Positions 26,894 through 30,934 of a stretch of 30,934 nucleotides of DNA are shown in pieces. The notes beneath the pieces are model-generated. The model did not search any database, was not told where the DNA came from, and was given only the letters and a program-made list of their open reading frames with translations. Both the position numbers and the translations under genes were made by a program. The DNA lies in IMG/VR virus record IMGVR_UViG_3300030330_006113, positions 1 through 30,934 of that record. One strand, written 5' to 3'. The first letter of the stretch is position 1, and each line of letters opens with the position of its first letter. The stretch comes from a virus. Lineage: Duplodnaviria; Caudoviricetes.

Positions 26894-27089
26894 CTAAGCA
26901 ATATTTCTCTTGCTGGTACTCCATAATTTCTTTTTTTAAATGTGGGTGTTCGTCAAAAATTGTTGGATTTATTTTATAAAGACCACTAGCTACACGCATA
27001 ATGTTACCTTCGCATTCGAGCAAATCATTTAAACCAGTTTCTTCATTGACGTCATTTTGATATTCATTCATAATTGTCTCCTCTGACAT
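26883..27089 (-). CDS. Acidic hypothetical protein
   Basis: ORF track; GAGGAG suggests internal start MNEYQ. Confidence 0.55.
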   Translation of the reverse strand: MSEETIMNEYQNDVNEETGLNDLLECEGNIMRVASGLYKINPTIFDEHPHLKKEIMEYQQEKYCLDGE

Positions 27090-27110
27090 TGTTTCGTTAC
27101 CATGTTAGTT

Positions 27111-27146
27111 GAGCGTAGAAAGCTTTTTAGGGGGTTTTCTACGCTC
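27111..27146. terminator. 13-bp stem-loop in early operon
   Basis: GAGCGTAGAAAGC / GTTTTCTACGCTC. Confidence 0.55.
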
Positions 27147-27151
27147 GTTTC

Positions 27152-27229
27152 TCACCCCACAAAATCAAACTCAAATGTAAAAGTTTCTTTTGGGATTGTG
27201 ACCTCTAAAGGCCTTTTCATCTCATACAT
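27152..27229 (-). CDS. 25-aa peptide MYEMKRPLEVTIPKETFTFEFDFVG
   Basis: Hand-translated; AAGGAG SD. Confidence 0.5.
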   Translation of the reverse strand: MYEMKRPLEVTIPKETFTFEFDFVG

Positions 27230-27240
27230 ATACTCTCCTT

Positions 27241-27393
27241 TCATATTTTCCATACAACCTTTGATTTAGCAGATGTTTTTTTTTCATCTAATGTATTCCA
27301 CCCTAATACATTCATAACTCCTGCCATTTCATCTGAAAACCACTGAAACTGCTCTTCAGTTTCTATTACTAAACTTTTATTTTTACGTATCAT
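27241..27393 (-). CDS. 50-aa hypothetical protein after cro
   Basis: Hand-translated MIRKNKSLVIETEEQFQWF...; overlaps end of cro. Confidence 0.5.
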   Translation of the reverse strand: MIRKNKSLVIETEEQFQWFSDEMAGVMNVLGWNTLDEKKTSAKSKVVWKI

Positions 27394-27664
27394 GATTCGA
27401 TAACCTTTTTCCTAAAACTAAAAACAAATCTTTTATTTTAATGCTTGGATTTAACTGTTTTAATAAATCATACAGAACCATTAAAGACTCAGAAGATGGA
27501 CTTCCTTTACAGTTTTTATCCTCCCATCTATAGAATGTTTTAGGGTAAATAGGATGACCCGCTTCATAAAACTTAAAAACCATATCGTTTACAGACAGAT
27601 TGTTTTCCTTTCTTATTTGCTTTACAATATCACTATTAAATGTATAAATTTTTCTCACCTCCAT
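27383..27664 (-). CDS. Cro-like XRE HTH regulator
   Basis: VKQIRKENNLS...TFYRWE...PS; divergent from CI-like gene, heads early operon. Confidence 0.8.
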   Translation of the reverse strand: MEVRKIYTFNSDIVKQIRKENNLSVNDMVFKFYEAGHPIYPKTFYRWEDKNCKGSPSSESLMVLYDLLKQLNPSIKIKDLFLVLGKRLSNHDT

Positions 27665-27759
27665 GTTATTAATGTAGCATACATTGTTAATCTTGCCAAT
27701 CGTTTTTTCTTGTCTTTTTTTAGAATATAGACTTTAATTTATAGAAAAAGGGGTTACCA
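27665..27759. promoter_or_regulatory. Lysis/lysogeny switch region
   Basis: Minus-strand TTGGCA-17-(TG)TACATT; palindrome AATGTA-gca-TACATT at 27671-27685 overlaps the -10. Confidence 0.65.
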
Positions 27760-28308
27760 ATGTTATTACACGAAAGACTAAAAGACTTAAGAATAAATAC
27801 TTTCACAAATCCAAAAACACAACAAGATATCTGTGAATTATTTAAGATTGCTAGATCTCTATATTCACTTATTGAGTCAGGTAAACGATTTCCTACATAT
27901 AAACAGCTAGAGACAGCTATTGAATACTATAAAGTAGACAAAAAAACAGAGCTTGAAATGCGAAAAGCGTGGTTTCTTTTAAGATTACCTGACGATGTAT
28001 ACCAATGCCATCAAAGCATTAACGACCTTGTTCAATCTGAAATGACACAGATAGAAATTGATAATTATGTAGAAAATAAAAAAATTGATAAACAACATAT
28101 TCTTGATGAACCTGTTTTTACAAAACTTATTAGCTATTTACAGAATTTAGATGATGAACGCCGAGCTCAAGATCTAGAGACTTTTACTCAACTTCTAAAG
28201 CTTCCTATGAAAGAATCTGTATCTTTTAAAAAAATATGCAATTTAGCTATTAAACAAGACGAAGATATATTAGATAAGATATATACGATTGTTAAAACGA
28301 TAATTTGA
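27760..28308 (+). CDS. CI-like XRE repressor
   Basis: RLKDLR...TQQDI...RSLYSLIESGKRFP; AAGGGG SD. Confidence 0.8.
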   Translation: MLLHERLKDLRINTFTNPKTQQDICELFKIARSLYSLIESGKRFPTYKQLETAIEYYKVDKKTELEMRKAWFLLRLPDDVYQCHQSINDLVQSEMTQIEIDNYVENKKIDKQHILDEPVFTKLISYLQNLDDERRAQDLETFTQLLKLPMKESVSFKKICNLAIKQDEDILDKIYTIVKTII

Positions 28309-28351
28309 GAAAAAAAATACATTTAAAATACTTTTTGAAAGGGGTGATTAC

Positions 28352-28576
28352 ATGGAAGTAATAGATTATATTGCAGATAAAATAGGAGATCCTATTTCTG
28401 CTGAAATAGATAAGTCATGCGACAACGCTGAACTTGCTTATGAACTAAAAACTAAGCTCGGCGCTGTCGTATCACTGCATTTGTGGAAATACTACAGACT
28501 TTATCTACTAGAAGAGACTAATTTAAATAGAAACTTAGCTGAAAACTTTGACACTATCAAGCTAAATTATAACTAA
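28352..28576 (+). CDS. Hypothetical protein in repressor operon
   Basis: AAGGGGTG SD. Confidence 0.6.
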   Translation: MEVIDYIADKIGDPISAEIDKSCDNAELAYELKTKLGAVVSLHLWKYYRLYLLEETNLNRNLAENFDTIKLNYN

Positions 28577-28584
28577 GAAAATTA

Positions 28585-28725
28585 TTAAATAGAGAACACA
28601 CAATAATCTTTTTTTAAAGATTCGTAATAGGATTCTGTTGATTCTGTGGATTCCTTTTTTTGCTCTTCCATAGATTTTTTTATCTGCATTAATCCAGATA
28701 AAACAACTTGTTCTGCATGCGTCAT
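28585..28725 (-). CDS. Small hypothetical protein (probable start ATG 28725, MTHAEQ)
   Basis: GGAG SD before ATG 28725. Confidence 0.5.
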   Translation of the reverse strand: MTHAEQVVLSGLMQIKKSMEEQKKESTESTESYYESLKKDYCVFSI

Positions 28726-28912
28726 TTTTTTTGTCTCCAAATATATACTATAGTTTATATATTCCACTCATAGTTTATGTTGCAAACTTAATGCCAGTGT
28801 TTTCTTAAAAAAAAAAGGAAAAAAAATGAATAATTTGCAATCACAATGTAAAAAATATCAATTAAAAAACAAATTGTGTACTATTGTATATTTTGATAAT
28901 ATTATACAATAC

Positions 28913-29137
28913 ATGAAGATTGATAATCAAAAAGAATTTGCTGTAACATTAGGCAATAAAATAAGGTTTTACAGAAAACTCCGTAATTTACGTCAATCTG
29001 ACGTAGCTAAACAAATAGGTGTGAGCCTTGCCTATTATGGAAATATAGAGACAGGCAAACGACCTGGTGTTAGCACATACGTCTTAACTAAGATAGCGCT
29101 AACACTAAAAGTGACTCCAAACGAACTTATAATATAA
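28913..29137 (+). CDS. XRE HTH protein coupled to integrase (probable start ATG 28913)
   Basis: LGNKIRFYRKLRNLRQSDVAKQIGVS...IETGKR; TAATG overlap with integrase. Confidence 0.8.
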   Translation: MKIDNQKEFAVTLGNKIRFYRKLRNLRQSDVAKQIGVSLAYYGNIETGKRPGVSTYVLTKIALTLKVTPNELII

Positions 29138-30753
29138 TGCGTGCTTGCATTTACGCTAGATACTCATCTACTATGCAGTCAGATGGATTTAGTATCGAAG
29201 GTCAAATTCATGCTTGCACAGAATTTGCTAATCGTAACAATTACCAAATTGTAAAAACATATGTGGATGAAGCAAAATCTGGAACTAGCGACAAAAGAAC
29301 AAGCTTTCAAGAAATGCTTACTGATGCTCGATCCTTGGAAAAACCATTTGATTATATTTTAGTCTATAACTACGAGCGTTTTAGTCGGTCGCGTCAAGAT
29401 CAAATAAACTATAAAAACGAATTAAGATTTTTAGATATTTACGTAGTTTCTATTACTCAACCTATTGATCATCAATCACCTGATAGCGTTTTGCTTGAAA
29501 GCTTATATGAGGGTATGGCTGAGCAATATAGTAGAAAGCTTTCCAGGGACGTCAAAAGAGGCATGATAGAAGCTGCAAAAAGAGGATATTGGACTGGTGG
29601 TAGGGCTACATTAGGGTATAAGTTACATAAAACTGAAAGTGGGAAAAAGAAACTAATTATTTGTGACGAAACATCTATTATTATAAAAAAAATTTTTTCT
29701 TTATATGCTAGTAAAAAATATGGTATTAAAAAAATAACAAAAATTATAAATAAAGAATACCCAAATTCTGGTATTTTGTATTCAACAAACAGAATTACAG
29801 ATATTTTAAAAAACAAACGCTACACAGGAAGTATGATTTGGGGAGAAAATCAAGATCAGAATAAAAGAGGTTGGTCAATTAAAGAAAAAGTTGTTGAAGT
29901 TAAAAATTCCCATGAAGCTATAATAGATATTAAAACTTTTAACAAAGTTCAAAAAATACTTCTTGGTAGAAAAACTTATACACAAAAAAAACTATCTAAA
30001 CATTTGCTTAGCGGTTTAATAAAATGCGGTAAATGCGGATCAAGCGTTATGGGTACACCTGCTAAAAGCGGTAAATACCTCTATTACACATGTGTAAAAA
30101 AAAGAAAAACAGGTCAATGTGATATGCGAAGTATCAATTCTACTAAGATTGAATCTCGCATTTTGACTTATTTACAAAAAAACATTTTTAAAAAAAGCTA
30201 TCTTGATAAAGCTTTAAAAAAAATGCTTAAAAACCGAACTACTCAAAATGAAGATATTAAAAAAGACACTTTATTGTTAAATAAAAAGCTTTTAACTTTA
30301 GAAAAAAAGAAAAGTAAATTATTAGTTTTAGTAGAAACCACTGACGTGGATATGGAAGATGTTGCTACCAGACTAAAAACTTTAAGTGCAGAGATTAAGG
30401 AAACAAAAACTAGGATTGAGATAAACGAAGAGAAATCTAAAATTAACAAGCATTTTAATAAAGTTATTGATGAAGATACGATTTTATTATTTAAAGACAC
30501 TGCTTTGAATTTAATCAAAGAAAGTGTATCAAATGAGACTATTTCTAAATTTGTACGAACTATTACCCTCAATGAAGAAAATATACAAATACAATTTTCA
30601 TTGAGTGAAAACTTAAACAGTTTGAGCACAAAAGTTCGTAAAAGGGGTCATTTGGTGGTCCGAGAGACCCCTTTTAAGAACTTTACTATAGAAAAAAATC
30701 CCTTTTTTGAGGTTTACAACAACTTAGATTTAAAACAAAAAATAAAAGTGTAA
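29137..30753 (+). CDS. Large serine recombinase (integrase)
   Basis: IYARYSS catalytic motif, recombinase domain, LLSGLIKCGKCG...YYTC...C zinc ribbon, coiled coil. Confidence 0.95.
   Translation: MRACIYARYSSTMQSDGFSIEGQIHACTEFANRNNYQIVKTYVDEAKSGTSDKRTSFQEMLTDARSLEKPFDYILVYNYERFSRSRQDQINYKNELRFLDIYVVSITQPIDHQSPDSVLLESLYEGMAEQYSRKLSRDVKRGMIEAAKRGYWTGGRATLGYKLHKTESGKKKLIICDETSIIIKKIFSLYASKKYGIKKITKIINKEYPNSGILYSTNRITDILKNKRYTGSMIWGENQDQNKRGWSIKEKVVEVKNSHEAIIDIKTFNKVQKILLGRKTYTQKKLSKHLLSGLIKCGKCGSSVMGTPAKSGKYLYYTCVKKRKTGQCDMRSINSTKIESRILTYLQKNIFKKSYLDKALKKMLKNRTTQNEDIKKDTLLLNKKLLTLEKKKSKLLVLVETTDVDMEDVATRLKTLSAEIKETKTRIEINEEKSKINKHFNKVIDEDTILLFKDTALNLIKESVSNETISKFVRTITLNEENIQIQFSLSENLNSLSTKVRKRGHLVVRETPFKNFTIEKNPFFEVYNNLDLKQKIKV
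30631..30684. other. Putative attP (19-bp inverted arms, 16-bp spacer)
   Basis: AAAGTTCGTAAAAGGGGTC-atttggtggtccgaga-GACCCCTTTTAAGAACTTT; 18/19 arm match. Confidence 0.7.
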
Positions 30754-30843
30754 TACTAATAACATTTTAAATTAACTTTTTGTAAGGGAATGAAACCGTG
30801 ACAGATTGTCACAGTGTAATACTGATTTTTTGAACTTTGCAAC

Positions 30844-30880
30844 TTTATTTACGACGCTTGGTTCATTTATTTACGACGCT
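30844..30880. repeat. 15-bp direct repeat, two copies, 22-bp period
   Basis: TTTATTTACGACGCT at 30844 and 30866. Confidence 0.8.
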
Positions 30881-30886
30881 CTATAT

Positions 30887-30923
30887 AAAAAACCCCCAAC
30901 TAGCATACAATTAGTTGAGGGTT
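30887..30923 (-). terminator. Intrinsic terminator of a convergent gene beyond the window
   Basis: AACCCCCAACTA / TAGTTGAGGGTT stem with a plus-strand A-run (U-tract on minus). Confidence 0.6.
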
Positions 30924-30934
30924 AGCTTCTTCGG

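Larger units (their letters stand above)
46..30934. mobile_element. Temperate podovirus-like phage genome (near complete, probably non-integrated form)
   Basis: Contiguous integrase, immunity, recombination, replication, packaging, head, short-tail, ejection and lysis modules; no tape measure gene; attP-like site has both arms intact. Confidence 0.93.

Noticed and set aside
601-30629. Opposite-strand shadow ORFs (601, 1937, 2611, 8688, 11429, 14759, 18022, 18812, 19286, 19567, 19772, 21038, 23107, 23156, 24634, 25056, 29472, 30243)
   Set aside because: Antisense to well-supported genes, mostly with Ser/Phe/Leu-rich shadow composition and no recognisable motifs
30844-30880. Mini CRISPR array
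   Set aside because: Only two 15-bp repeats with a 7-bp gap; no cas genes
1-30934. Alternative genetic code, tRNA genes or terminal repeats
   Set aside because: Genes tile densely under code 11 using all three stops; no cloverleaf noticed; window ends do not overlap

Overview
The window is an AT-rich, near-complete temperate tailed-phage genome (about 31 kb) with P22/T7-style podovirus architecture and no tape measure or sheath gene. From right to left it carries: a large serine recombinase with an intact attP-like inverted repeat inside its own 3' end; a CI/Cro-like switch; a YqaJ + Sak3-like recombination pair; an HTH replication initiator with internal iterons; a RusA locus; small accessory ORFs; TerS and TerL; portal, scaffold, major capsid and decoration genes; five small jelly-roll-like proteins; adaptor, nozzle, ejection proteins, GNAT and a collar-domain fibre; and a DUF5675 lysis module. 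Five features stand out. (1) RusA is distributed over two fully overlapping open frames that carry complementary parts of the fold. (2) The portal gene is inverted inside the virion operon, behind a divergent promoter region. (3) Four, possibly five, paralogous penton-like proteins lie in tandem. (4) The attP-like site sits inside the integrase gene. (5) An ACTATAGT(T) motif recurs at promoters across the genome, alongside candidate antisense sRNAs. All family calls come from motif recognition by eye; no searches were run and the host cannot be identified.
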